Shown: piece after piece, positions 13,559 to 27,000 of the stretch
Layout of the letters: every line of letters starts with the position of its first letter
Position numbering within the stretch: position 1 is the stretch's first letter
Assembly: GCF_000181795.1 (NCBI RefSeq)
Contig: NW_003526944.1
Coordinates: forward strand, 2,221,434 to 2,285,433
Source of the DNA: Trichinella spiralis
Lineage: Eukaryota
Reading direction: 5' to 3'
Length of the DNA stretch: 64,000 nucleotides
Position numbers and translations under genes: made by a program
The notes under the pieces: model-generated
Told to the model about the DNA's origin: nothing
Database searches by the model: none
What the model saw: the letters and a program-made list of their open reading frames with translations, nothing else

Positions 13559-15810
13559 GACTTGTTTGTTTCTTCTGTATTTTCTATTTTCCTATAAATC
13601 ATTGACGTCAGACAATTGAAAAGTGACGAAAACATTCAATAACCTAATAGATATGTATATATATGTATTGTGATAATTATTTTATTGAATGAAATTTATG
13701 AAGAAGAAGAAGAAGTGAAATATGAAATGTTTAAAAGAGGATGAACATGTTTGTTGAATTTGTTCTATAAAACAGCTTTTCGCTCTGTAGTGTAGAAGTT
13801 AAAAGACACGATTGGACCAGTTTGACTAAAAGTCGAGAAACGACAAATTATTGCACTGCTTCGTTTCCACAATTGACCTTTACCGGGGGAATTATGCGTG
13901 CAGCATACAGTGCATTGCTTGACTTTTTCTAGCCCCAAGAAGACACACGTTGGTGGTTTACTGTTCGGGTATCATATACCATTACTGATCTTGTTGTTGT
14001 TGTTGTTGATGTTGATGTTGTTGCTCTTCTCAGGTCAAGGCAATATTCATGAATAAATAATTAATTTATAAATTTATTCTTTTTCACTTCAATACATATT
14101 AAATAAAAATTGGAAATATTTGATAAGCATCAAACTCTATTCACAAGCACGTGTATATTTTTCAAGGTTATTTAATAAATTTTTGTTTTTTTTTAATTTC
14201 TTCTCTTCAATTGTGTTGTCTTATCCTTTCACATTCGGTCAAGAACGATGAACTGTCTGTTTTGATTTTTCAAATTTAAAAAAAAACGAATTTTTTTTCT
14301 TTTCTTTGAATACTTCGAAATATACTGTCATTGTGTAATGTGAAATTGAAAAATATTTTCTCGATTTGAAAAGTCAATCTTCTCTCTCAGTGACACATTT
14401 TATTCGACTGTAGAAATAATTGATTTGTAAAAAATTATTTTTCAAATTTGATAAATTTTTACGAAATATACTGTTGTTGTTCTTTCTACTGAAATGAATT
14501 AACTGAATTCTATTCGGGATGCTCAATTTTCATACAATTCAAAGATTGGTACCGAAGGTCAGTGCAGAAGTTCACTTGTCTCGTCGTGGGTAATTTCCAA
14601 TTGGTTATTTTTAATAATAATTTGTAGAATATTGAATCGATCAAAATTTGCTCACTTACCGACAAAATGAAGACAACAAATTTTTGATAAATAAACAAAC
14701 AGGATGTGGAAAAAAAAATATATATATATTGCAAATTCTCACGGTTGATTCGCGTTTAGCATTTTTGAAATTTCTTCTTCTTCTTACAGTCAGACTGAAA
14801 TTCAATCGTCGAAACTGGAAGCAAACATCTAACAGCTAACTGGACACGGCTTGTTGCTAATGAAGCGCAAGCAGTTTAAATTTAGCTGACCGGCTTTTTC
14901 AATTCAATGAGCCAGTTTTTAACTAACACCAAGGCAACTTTCAAAACTTAATTGTAATTTTTTTCTCAAAAAAAATCTGCACAAAGAAAGAAAATCACAA
15001 CATCAAGTGAACAACATTCATCATCACTGTTGCTATTTTTGTTTTGTTGCAAATCAGTTGCTTTTTATTCAAGGCGGATGTTGTTCAATTCTTTTTGTTT
15101 TTTATATTATTTTTTGAAAAAAGAAAAACTAAAATTTATTTATATATTCAGTTTGCATTGCAGCTTTTTGTAACGGGAATGTTTCTTATTCAAACATGAT
15201 ACGTATTAATTTTATTTGTTTCTTAATTTAGATTTGTATGATTAAAAATAAAATTAAACAAATTGCAATCATTTAAAAGTATTTCATCAAACAATTTTAT
15301 TCTGCTAATTTTTGATATAAATTATATTTGTTTTTATTTCTTTAGTAATTTTGCTATTTTTTGTTTTGAAAATTTGATATGCATTTCAAAAAACTTGTAA
15401 TTCCTTTATGGCAATTTAATTTCTTCTACCTTTATTTTTGCTATGCTACAGTAAGAATTTGGAGATAATTCTTACTGTTCGTTTTTTATTCAAGTAAGAT
15501 TTTTTTTCACTTTGCATAAATTGATAAATAAATTTACACGCGAATGTAGTTTTGTTGAATTTTCAATTGATTAAACTTCGTGCCACTGGGCATTGCTATA
15601 TTGACGATCAGTCTGTTTTCAATCAAAATTTGCGCTACAACGTTTGTTAAAATCAGTTTTGATTTGGCTGTCACGTCATTGTCGGTACTGTCAGTTGATG
15701 CATTTGTTACATTTTATTATTGTGTATTTATTTTCATCGAAATATTCATTTAATAATGATGTTCTGAAATTTCTGTTCAGGTTAGTTTTGGAAAAAAAAG
15801 AGCCCCAATT

Positions 15811-18800
15811 ATGGATTACGAAAATGGTATCCACTGCGATGCACTTCTTCAACTTTTGTTGGAAAATTGTTTAATTAATTCAACACACATTGTCCGAAAA
15901 TTGTTTGAAAGCTTGCAATTCATATTAGAAGATGTTCTTAGTAAGTTTCATTTTTATTATTATTTTAACTTTTGTCTCATGCACGAGTATCAGCAAATTG
16001 ATGTCAGTTTCATTCTTGAAATGGAATATTTAAATTTTTTGATTGATTGTACTTTCTATTAAAATCATATCGACATCAAAAATAAAAGTTTTTCAAATAT
16101 TTAAGAATTTTACAAATTTTCATTTTTTCAATCTTGTTTTGGGAATGTCTTTTGTCAAATACTTGACAGTTTTTATTCAATTGAAACAAGCACGTGTAAA
16201 TATACTGTATTTAATTCTGAATAATGATAATCAGGGATGTTGATTTTCATTGAGACAAAATGTGATTAAAAAAAATTTTTTTTCATCTGTTTTTGCATTT
16301 TCTAATGTACCAGTGTTAAATGATTAGTTTGATATGTTGAATAATATTTTGATACTCGTACTTCTGAAGCTTGAATTTTCATTCTTTCAACATTAATTAT
16401 TGTTAATTGAAAGTGTTTATTTTGTATTTAGTTAATATTTGATTGTATTTAGTTAATAACGAACTGTGGAACGATGGAAATTCGCTCGGCGTTGCTATGG
16501 TGAGGATGATGAAAATATTTTCGGAAGGCAACAATGAAGTGATGCTCGAAAAACAGCGCAGGGCGATTGTTCTCCACCTCGGTCCCTGTGCTGAAGTGGT
16601 TTTGAAGAAGGCTTTTGACGATGTGAAACTTTTGAAAGAGAATTTTCCAGAACCGGACACTTTGTTCCACTTGATGCGCTCGGTGGATTTTTCAGAACTT
16701 GAAGAGAACAATTTTCAAAATCCCGCATCAACTGGTGAATCGGTTTCCAATAGCGGAACGTTGCCATATTTTCGCCAAGTGTTGGAGCCGTCGTCGTCGA
16801 CGACCAACAATAATAATGAAACCCAACCGTCCACAAGTAGCAGTATTTCGAAATCGGTTTATTCTGAATTGCTTGAAATGGTCCACCAAATGCAATCGCA
16901 AAATGCGGATCTACTGTTGCAGTCGATCATGGAAATTTTGCACAGTAGGAATGATGAAAATTTTATTCAAGCATCGGTTTGTTTTCTTTCTTTTTTTTAT
17001 TTAAATTCATGAAAATTATTTTTCAGCTCTTTGATTTGCTTGGATCGAATAATCTTGATTTGATCGCGTTGATTTGTCAGAATCGCAATGCACTGGTTGA
17101 ACATTACACAGCGATGACGTTGGAATCAAGTAGGATAAAAAGAAAGAATATTTGTAATTTTTTGTGTTTCACTTTTTTTTCCACCAACTTATTTGCACAG
17201 TAGTGGGGTAGTTTAGCTTCAATTGAGAAGTCGAAATTGCGGTTACGTCCAAATTTTCAAGTGATCAGTGGAAAACAGAAACAAGAACAACGGGAAATGC
17301 AAAAGCTGAAAGAGAAAATTAATCGTTTTCAAAAAATTACCAATTTAACACATGACGAGATGGTGCCAGTGACAAAATCATTGGAAAAAGGGTGTGTATG
17401 TGTGCATTCATTCGTTTTTATTCTTACCTTAAATTAAATAATAGTTCCAGTGGGCACGTTTTGGAAGTCAACGAGGAACAAAAAATACACCAAAAAAACT
17501 CTGTTGTTGCGAAACCAAAACCTGAGATGCCGTATGTTTTTGATTCGGAACAAGCTGTTCAAAATGGCTTTTCGAAAGTATATAATAATAATAATATTTA
17601 TTTGTGTTTCATGTTTTTTCTTCTAAATTGCGCAGAAATGCAAATTTTCAATTTTCAGATTTGCCTGAGTGAAGCTGAATTCCGTTATCATCCAAATTAT
17701 GATATTGTCACTATACAGCCGACAACGGAGCCGTGCCCGTTTGACAATGAAGAGTGCATACTTGTGGAGAACTTGGATGAGGTGAATTGATTCTGTTTGT
17801 GTGTGTGTGTGTGTGTGCGACATGTACAAATGGTGCAAATTTAGATAACTAAGAAAGTTTTTTCTCAAGTGAAAAAGTTAAATCCAATACAATCGATTGT
17901 ATTTGAAAAAGCTCGCAAGACAAAAGAGAATTTGTTAATTTGCGCCCCGACAGGTGCCGGCAAGACCAACGTTGCAATACTGTGCATTTTGCGTACACTG
18001 GATGATTTTATTGAAAATGGAACTTTGAAACAAAAAAATTTCAAAGCAAGCAATTCAATTGATATACATTATACAGTTTTTGGTTGGTTATGTGTTTTTT
18101 TCTTTTTGGTGAAATTTAGATTATTTATTTGACTCCAATGAAAGCACTGGCTGCGGAAGTGGTACGCACTCTTGATTATCGTTTAAGATGTTTGAAGGTT
18201 ACTGTGAAAGAGATGACCGGCGATGTTATGCCTACGGCGAGGGAACTTGAAAATGCACAAGTGAAGATTATTATTTTTTGTTTATTATTTAATTATCATA
18301 ATGTTGTTTTTTAATTGCAGATTTTGGTTGCAACTCCTGAAAAGTGGGATGTAATTACGCGAAAAGGAAATGATGGTTTATTGCCAGCAACGGAAGTGCG
18401 CCTTTTTATCATAGACGAGGTACATCTGCTTCATGAAAATCGTGGTGCTGTTATCGAGACGCTCGTGGCACGTATGTTGCGACAGGTATGATGTATGATT
18501 TATTTGAAAATTTTAAAACAAATTTATTTTAACATTTAACAATTAAAAATACAAATAATATTAAATTGAAAAAGTTATTTTTATGAAGGGAACATTTTTA
18601 CTGTGATTTTTCCCTTTCTGCTCTTTAGTAAGGTTTCTTCTGATTAAATTTTTCGAAGAAAAGTACCAATCTTTTAACGTGTCCAACTGAAATACAAAAA
18701 AGAAAAAAAATACAAAATGAAATTTTAACGAACAGTAATAAAACTCATGTACTTTTACCATAATCTAATTTATTAATTCTTTTTTCTTCGTCGAACTGTT

Positions 18801-20961
18801 GTGGATGTTGTTGCTCTTTTCTTCTATAACTGCAGACTGCTTTCACATTTAATGTTATCACTTTTTGGATTTGATATTTTTTTTCATTTTTCATTTCATC
18901 TTTTAATTCTAATTCTTTATCAAAAATTCCAATTTGTTCGTTCGTTAGCGCTGAAATGGAATAATTAATTATTTTCTCGTTCTGGATAAATGATAATGAT
19001 AAAGCATTTTTTACAAATTTTCTCGTTGGCAAGCTTGATTTCATTGTCGAACCGATATTCAAAGCATTCTTCCATATATTTACTGATGAACATTACCCAC
19101 TGCACAACCTGCTTTAAGGTGTTTCCTAAAAACAGTCGACTGTGTTTTTTATCCACTTGTCTACATTAATTTTTTTGCAATATGAAATAATAATGAAAAA
19201 AAATGAAAGGTCAGTTTTACTCGCAGTTTCCGTGGTCAACTGATCATTCTTGAGCTGATTTCTTTTCATGTAGCTATTCACTCGTTCTTCGATGCTCAAT
19301 AAATGGTACGACTTATTATTTTTTGTAAATGGGAAAATGTTCCAGTGACGTTTTTGCTTTTGTACTGTGCCATCTGAAAATCAAATGCATTAAAGAAAAA
19401 GTTAAGCGTGTCAAAATTGAAAGCAAAATGAAGAAAATTTCTCACTTTCATAGTTGTTAGTTGTTCTGTTGTGTAATAATAATTCATTATTTTCATTGAA
19501 ACTTTTAAGTATTGTCGGATGTAGAATTAGAAGTTTCAAAATTATGCAAGCTTTTTTCTTCAATGTTTTTTTCGTCATCAAGTTGATTTTGGGCACGATT
19601 TTTTTGCTGTACAAGCAGGGCAGCAAATTTATTACCATTCTGTTGAGCATTGCGTTCGGTTTTGGGCAAAAGTCGAGCACTTTGCGCAAATGGAAGCACA
19701 ACAATAGCAGACTGTCGAATTGATAATCGTTCAATTGTGCCTTGCATACTTTGGAAATTTTTTCCATCAATTCGTGTTGATTTTCAAATTTCAATTTTTT
19801 CTTCATTATTAATTTCTTTTCGATCGGTTTCAACAATTTCATATTATTTTTCGACAGATGTTCGATTATTTCTTTCCAAGTATTGTTGTTTTCGAGCATT
19901 TGATCCCCATCGTTAGCCCGCGTTTTATCTGACTTGCTTTTTTTCTCTTCCACATCTATTGGCTGTTCAGTTTTGGATGTCAGATATTTTTTGATATTTT
20001 CCAAAATTGTTTCCAACGTGAACATCGNNNNNNNNNNAATTGTTCCACCCAAAAGGCAATCGGCAAAATGGCGGATTTACTGTTGCAGTCGATCATGGAA
20101 ATTTGCCCAGTAGGGAATGATGAAAATTTTATTCAAGCATCGGTTTGTTTTCTTTCTTTTTTTTATTTAAATTCATGAAAATTATTTTTCAGCTCTTTGA
20201 TTTGCTTGGATCGAATAATCTTGATTTGATCGCGTTGATTTGTCAGAATCGCAATGCACTGGTTGAACATTACACAGCGATGACGTTGGAATCAAGTAGG
20301 ATAAAAAGAAAGAATATTTGTAATTTTTTGTGTTTCACTTTTTTTTCCACCAACTTATTTGCACAGTAGTGGGGTAGTTTAGCTTCAATTGAGAAGTCGA
20401 AATTGCGGTTACGTCCAAATTTTCAAGTGATCAGTGGAAAACAGAAACAAGAACAACGGGAAATGCAAAAGCTGAAAGAGAAAATTAATCGTTTTCAAAA
20501 AATTACCAATTTAACACATGACGAGATGGTGCCAGTGACAAAATCATTGGAAAAAGGGTGTGTATGTGTGCATTCATTCGTTTTTATTCTTACCTTAAAT
20601 TAAATAATAGTTCCAGTGGGCACGTTTTGGAAGTCAACGAGGAACAAAAAATACACCAAAAAAACTCTGTTGTTGCGAAACCAAAACCTGAGATGCCGTA
20701 TGTTTTTGATTCGGAACAAGCTGTTCAAAATGGCTTTTCGAAAGTATATAATAATAATAATAATATTTATTTGTGTTTCATGTTTTTTCTTCTAAATTGC
20801 GCAGAAATGCAAATTTTCAATTTTCAGATTTGCCTGAGTGAAGCTGAATTCCGTTATCATCCAAATTATGATATTGTCACTATACAGCCGACAACGGAGC
20901 CGTGCCCGTTTGACAATGAAGAGTGCATACTTGTGGAGAACTTGGATGAGGTGAATTGATT

Positions 20962-21009
<48 letters not shown>

Positions 21010-24000
21010 CATGTACAAGTGGTGCAAATTTAGATAACTAAGAAAGTTTTTTCTCAAGTGGAAAAGTTAAATCCAATACAATCGATTGTATTTGAAAAAG
21101 CTCGCAAGACAAAAGAGAATTTGTTAATTTGCGCCCCGACAGGTGCCGGCAAGACCAACGTTGCAATACTGTGCATTTTGCGTACACTGGATGATTTTAT
21201 TGAAAATGGAACTTTGAAACAAAAAAATTTCAAAGCAAGCAATTCAATTGATATACATTATACAGTTTTTGGTTGGTTATGTGTTTTTTTCTTTTTGGTG
21301 AAATTTAGATTATTTATTTGACTCCAATGAAAGCACTGGCTGCGGAAGTGGTACGCACTCTTGATTATCGTTTAAGATGTTTGAAGGTTACTGTGAAAGA
21401 GATGACCGGCGATGTTATGCCTACGGCGAGGGAACTTGAAAATGCACAAGTGAAGATTATTATTTTTTGTTTATTATTTAATTATCATAATGTTGTTTTT
21501 TAATTGCAGATTTTGGTTGCAACTCCTGAAAAGTGGGATGTAATTACACGAAAAGGAAATGATGGTTTATTGCCAGCAACGGAAGTGCGCCTTTTCATCA
21601 TAGACGAGGTACATCTGCTTCATGAAAATCGTGGTGCTGTTATCGAGACACTCGTGGCACGTATGTTGCGACAGGTATGATGTATGATTTATTTGAAAAT
21701 TTTAAAACAAATTTATTTTAACATTTAACAATTAAAAATACAAATAATATTAAATTGAAAAAGTTATTTTTATGAAGGGAACATTTTTACTGTGATTTTT
21801 CCCTTTCTGCTCTTTAGTAAAGTTTCTTCTGATTAAATTTTTCGAAGAAAAGTACCAATCTTTTAACGTGTCCAACTGAAATGCAAAAAAAAAGAAAAAA
21901 AAATACAAAATGAAATTTTAACGAACAGTAATAAAACTCATGTACTTTTACCATAATCTAATTTATTAATTTTTTTTTCTTCGTCGAACTGTTGTGAATG
22001 TTGTTGCTCTTTTCTTCTATAACTGCAGACTGCTTTCACATTTAATGTTATCACTTTTTGGATTTGATATTTTTTTTCATTTTTCGTTTCATCTTTTAAT
22101 TCTAATTCTTTATCAAAAATTCCAATTTGTTCGTTCGTTAGCGCTGAAATGGAATAATTAATTATTTTCTCGTTCTGGATAAATGATAATGATAAAGCAT
22201 TTTTTACAAATTTTCTCGTTGGCAAGCTTGATTTCATTGTCGAACCGATATTCAAAGCATTCTTCCATATATTTACTGATGAACATTACCCACTGCACAA
22301 CCTGCTTTAAGGTGTTTCCTAAAAACAGTCGACTGTGTTTTTTATCCACTTGTCTACATTAATTTTTTTGCAATATGAAATAATAATGAAAGAAAAATGA
22401 AAGGTCAATTTTACTCGCAGTTTCCGTGGTCAACTGATCATTCTTGAGCTGATTTCTTTTCATGTAGCTATTCACTCGTTCTTCGATGCTCAATAAATGG
22501 TACGACTTATTATTTTTTGTAAATGGGAAAATGTTCCAGTGACGTTTTTGCTTTTGTACTGTGCCATCTGAAAATCAAATGCAAAGAAAAAAAAGTTAAG
22601 CGTGTCAAAATTGAAAGCAAAATGAAGAAAATTTCTCACTTTCATAGTTGTTAGTTGTTCTGTTGTGTAATAATAATTCATTATTTTCATTGAAACTTTT
22701 AAGTATTGTCGGATGTAGAATTAGAAGTTTCAAAATTATGCAAGCTTTTTTCTTCAATGTTTTTTTCGTCATCAAGTTGATTTTGGGCACGATTTTTTTG
22801 CTGTACAAGCAGGGCAGCAAATTTATTACCATTCTGTTGAGCATTGCGTTCGGTTTTGGGCAAAAGTCGAGCACTTTGCGCAAATGGAAGCACAACAATA
22901 GCAGACTGTCGAATTGATAATCGTTCAATTGTGCCTTGCATACTTTGGAAATTTTTTCCATCAATTCGTGTTGATTTTCAAATTTCAATTTTTTCTTCAT
23001 TATTAATTTCTTTTCGATCGGTTTCAACAATTTCATATTATTTTTCGACAGATGTTCGATTATTTCTTTCCAAGTATTGTTGTTTTCGAGCATTTGATCC
23101 CCATCGTTAGCCCGCGTTTTATCTGACTTGCTTTTTTTCTCTTCCACATCTATTGGCTGTTCAGTTTTGGATGTCAGATATTTTTTGATATTTTCCAAAA
23201 TTGTTTCCAACGTGAACATCGACAACAGCCATGCCAGCTTGATTGGAAATTTCTTGCCAACGTTACTGCTGTTGGTCGTTGTCGTCGTCGTCGGTATTTT
23301 CGATGGTGTAACAGTCGTCATAGAATTATCCATTTTCTTGTCGCTCATTGTTCTTGAATATTTTTCACTTTTAATTTTTAGAACGCGCCTTCTCTGCAAC
23401 GACTGCACGCTTGAATACTGACTTTCGTCTAGTTGGAATGCGCGACTTTAATTTTTGACAAATTGATCAATTTATTTTAAACTTTAAACTTTATTCATTT
23501 TAAAATTCAAATTTTACTTTTAAAATTTCACTTGTTTAAACTCTGTTCAATTTATTATGAAAAAAAAAATAAAAATCGATTTCAGGTTTCTATTACTCAA
23601 AGCGTGGTTCGAATTGTTGGCTTGTCAGCGACTTTGCCAAATTATTATGATGTGGCTCAATTTTTGCACGTCAATCCAACTGAAGGATTGTTCTTTTTCG
23701 ATAGTCGATTTCGTCCCGTACCACTGACACAGATGTATGTGCCGAAAATCGGTTCTAATTTCTAATTTTCCATTTTCTCCTCCTCTTTTATGAAATCCAT
23801 TTCAGCTTTATCGCCGTGAAGGGTATCAATAAATTTATATTAAACAAAAATATGGATATGATTTGTTATGAACAAGTCCATCGTTTGGTCAAAAATGGTC
23901 ATCAGGTATTTTTTTATGCTGCTGTTCGTTTTGGATTTCATTATGACTATTAAAATTGCAGGTGATGATTTTTGTGCATTCACGAATGGCAACGAGCCGT

Positions 24001-27000
24001 TTGGCGACTGTGCTTTTAGAACTGGCCAGTCAGAAAGGACATTTGGCAGATTTTCGAACAGGGGTTCCGATATGTCCTCCGTTTATCAGCCGGGTGGTAA
24101 GAAAAATTTTTGTTATAATTAATATTATTAAAATGAACATACAAAGAATGAATAAAAGTTAAAGTGTTGAGAATATGGTTCTTTTTTTTCTGAGAAAAAC
24201 TTTTACTTCAGGTAGAAAATTCAACATGTCCTGAATTTAAACGACTATTTCCTGATGGATTCGGCATTCATCACGCTGGTTTGTTGTTCCGTGATCGGAT
24301 ACTTATTCAGCAATTCTTTCGCACGGGTCGTATCCGAGTTCTCTGCTGTACGTCTACGCTTGCCTGGGGTATAAATTTACCTGCGCATGCTGTTATTATT
24401 CGGGTATTTTGAATTCAGTTTTTATCATTTATTTTTTCAGAATTTTAACAGTTTTTTTTTCAATTTATTCAGGGAACAGAAGTCTACGACGGAGATAAGA
24501 GCACGTTCGTTAATTTGGGAATATTGGATGTGTTGCAAATTTTTGGTCGAGCTGGTCGCCCTCAGTACGACACTAGCGGTTGCGGTATAATCATAACTGA
24601 TTACTTGCACATGAATCATTATCTTCGCCTGCTGACGCGTCAAATTGATATTGAAAGCCAATTTTTATCACGTCTAGCAGAAAATCTCAATGCAGAAGTA
24701 CAGAAGAAAAAAAAAGAAAATGTCACATTGTGCAAATGTACATTTATTTATGCATGTTTTAGATTTGTTTGGATACAGTTTCGACGGTTCAGGATGCGAT
24801 CGAATGGTTGAGCTACACTTATCTTTTTGTTCGCGCAAAAGTCAATCCTCTTGTCTATGGTCTGACACAGGTCGAGCTATCGGTCAGTTGAAATTGCTTT
24901 ATGAATAAATATAGATAGTTTAATTTTGTTGCTGTGTTATTAATAGTTTTTATATTCAAAGTAGATTTGATTTGTTGATTTTTTTATTGAATTTTAGCGA
25001 GATCCAGAGCTGATTGAATATCGTCGTTCGATTATAGTCGACGCTGCCAGACAGTTGGAATCGTTGCGCATGATACGTTTCGATGAAACTAATGGATACT
25101 TTTTCCCAACAGATTTGGGTCGTATAGCTAGTCTTTATTACATTAATTGTAACACAGTGGAAGTAAGAAGCATTTTTTTGTTTGTATTTTTTAAACATTT
25201 TTGAAAAATTAACATTTTCTTATCCTTAATGAATAAGTTATTATTATTATTATATATTCCATTAAATAAATATTAACTTATGAAAATTGTTTCTTTTTTT
25301 TTGGTATAATAAATTATCTACTTTTGGATATTTAGACTTTCAGTCGTTCGATATCTGACAGTATGACTGATCAAGATATTTTGCACGTGATTTCCTCGGC
25401 TAGCGAATTCTCACAGTTGGTGGTAAGTTTACACGAATCGGTTATGCTGTGCCAAGTTATATCCGTTTCCAAATAGTATATATAATGTTTGCGAATTTAT
25501 ACGATAAGAATGATATAATATTAATATTAAGAACAATGTAATAAGTGTTTTTTAAAATGTTAATTTTTTTTGTAAGTTTGATTTTTCATTTTCATTAGGT
25601 TCGTGATAAGGAATTGTCAGAGCTTGATGAACTAAAGAAATATTGCAAGTTGCCCATTGGTGTTGGATGTGAAAATGTAGCGGGCAAAGTGAACGTGCTT
25701 GCTCAATGTTGCATAGTCAGAGCAGAGACCAAGACGTTTTCACTGAGTTGTGACTGCAATTATGTTTTACAAGTAATTTTTTCTGTTTTGTAAATTGTAT
25801 CTTATTTTTATTCACCTGTGCACAGAATTTCCCACGACTTTTACGTTTTGTATTTGATTTGGCGTTGATAAATGATTGGCCAAATTTGGCATATAACGCG
25901 CTTCGACTGTCCAAATCGATGGAACGTCGACTTTGGTGGTTTCGTCATCCGCTGTGGCAGCTGAATTTCTTGAAAGCGGATGTAGTGAAAAAATTGGAAG
26001 AAAAGAAGTTGACTGTTGATCGTCTGTTTGAAATGGATGCACAAAGTATAGGTATGGGTTTTTCAGTTGCCGATTTGAGCTTCACCAACAGCACAACGCG
26101 TGTTTTTTTTTTCTTACTATTATGCTTTTTCTTCACTATTTCAGGAACGATGATTCACGACGATGGTGATCAAGTGTTGAAAGCGTGCAACCATTTGCCT
26201 ATATTGAACGTCGATGCTACGGTGCAACCGATCACAAGTTCCATCTTGAGAATCACATTGAACATTATTCCGGATTTCGAATGGAATCAAGAATTGTTCG
26301 ATTGTTCAGTGTTGAAATTTCACATTTGGATCAGCAATCCGGATCAGAATCGTATTTTGCACCGAGAAGAAATTTTATTCACTCGTCGACAGGTTGGTTA
26401 GGTTAATTAATATATATATATTTCAAATAATTTTTATTTTCATCCATTATTAAATTTGTTGTTACGTTTGTGTGTGTGTTTATTGATTGTTTTTCAAACA
26501 AACACAGGTAAAAATGCGGCAACCGTTGAAGTTGGTTTTCATCATTCCAGCCGCCAATCCATTGCCTGCTTATTACCTTGTCTTTTGGGATTCGAACAAT
26601 TTTCTCGGTTGTGACTATGAAGATGCTATTCCATTTGGAAATGTTATTCTTCCTGCAGAACGCCAGCAGCGTACAGGTTTGCTTGTGTTTTTCCCTTTTT
26701 TCATTAGTACTAGTTTAATGAGATTTTTTTAAATTCATGTTTTTATTATAATATTCTAGCGCTGCTCGATTTGCAACCGTTGCCAGTGAGTGCGTTGAAC
26801 AGTCCATTGCTCGAGTTGATGTACAGGTTCAGCCATTTCAACGCCATTCAGACCCAAGTGTTTCACACCATTTTCCATACCGATAGCAACGTTCTTGTCG
26901 GTGCCCCAACTGGCTCTGGTAAAACTGTCATCGCAGAGCTGGCAATATTTCGTCTATTTCAGAAGGAGCTTTCATTGAAGGTATATTTGTTTGTTTTATT

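Larger units (their letters stand above)
16876..20027 (+). repeat. Copy 1 of a ~3.15-kb near-identical direct duplication
   Basis: Matches 20038-23221 except for scattered SNPs and microsatellite length differences; ends exactly at the N gap. Confidence 0.95.

Noticed and set aside
14500..14840. Small gene between myosin VII and ASCC3
   Set aside because: Only short frames with ambiguous splice signals on both strands; these could be UTR exons, and a CDS cannot be supported.
16876..23221. True tandem duplication creating two ASCC3 genes or two nested genes
   Set aside because: The junction coincides with an N gap and noisy sequence, and the divergence is at allele level, so an artefact is more parsimonious.
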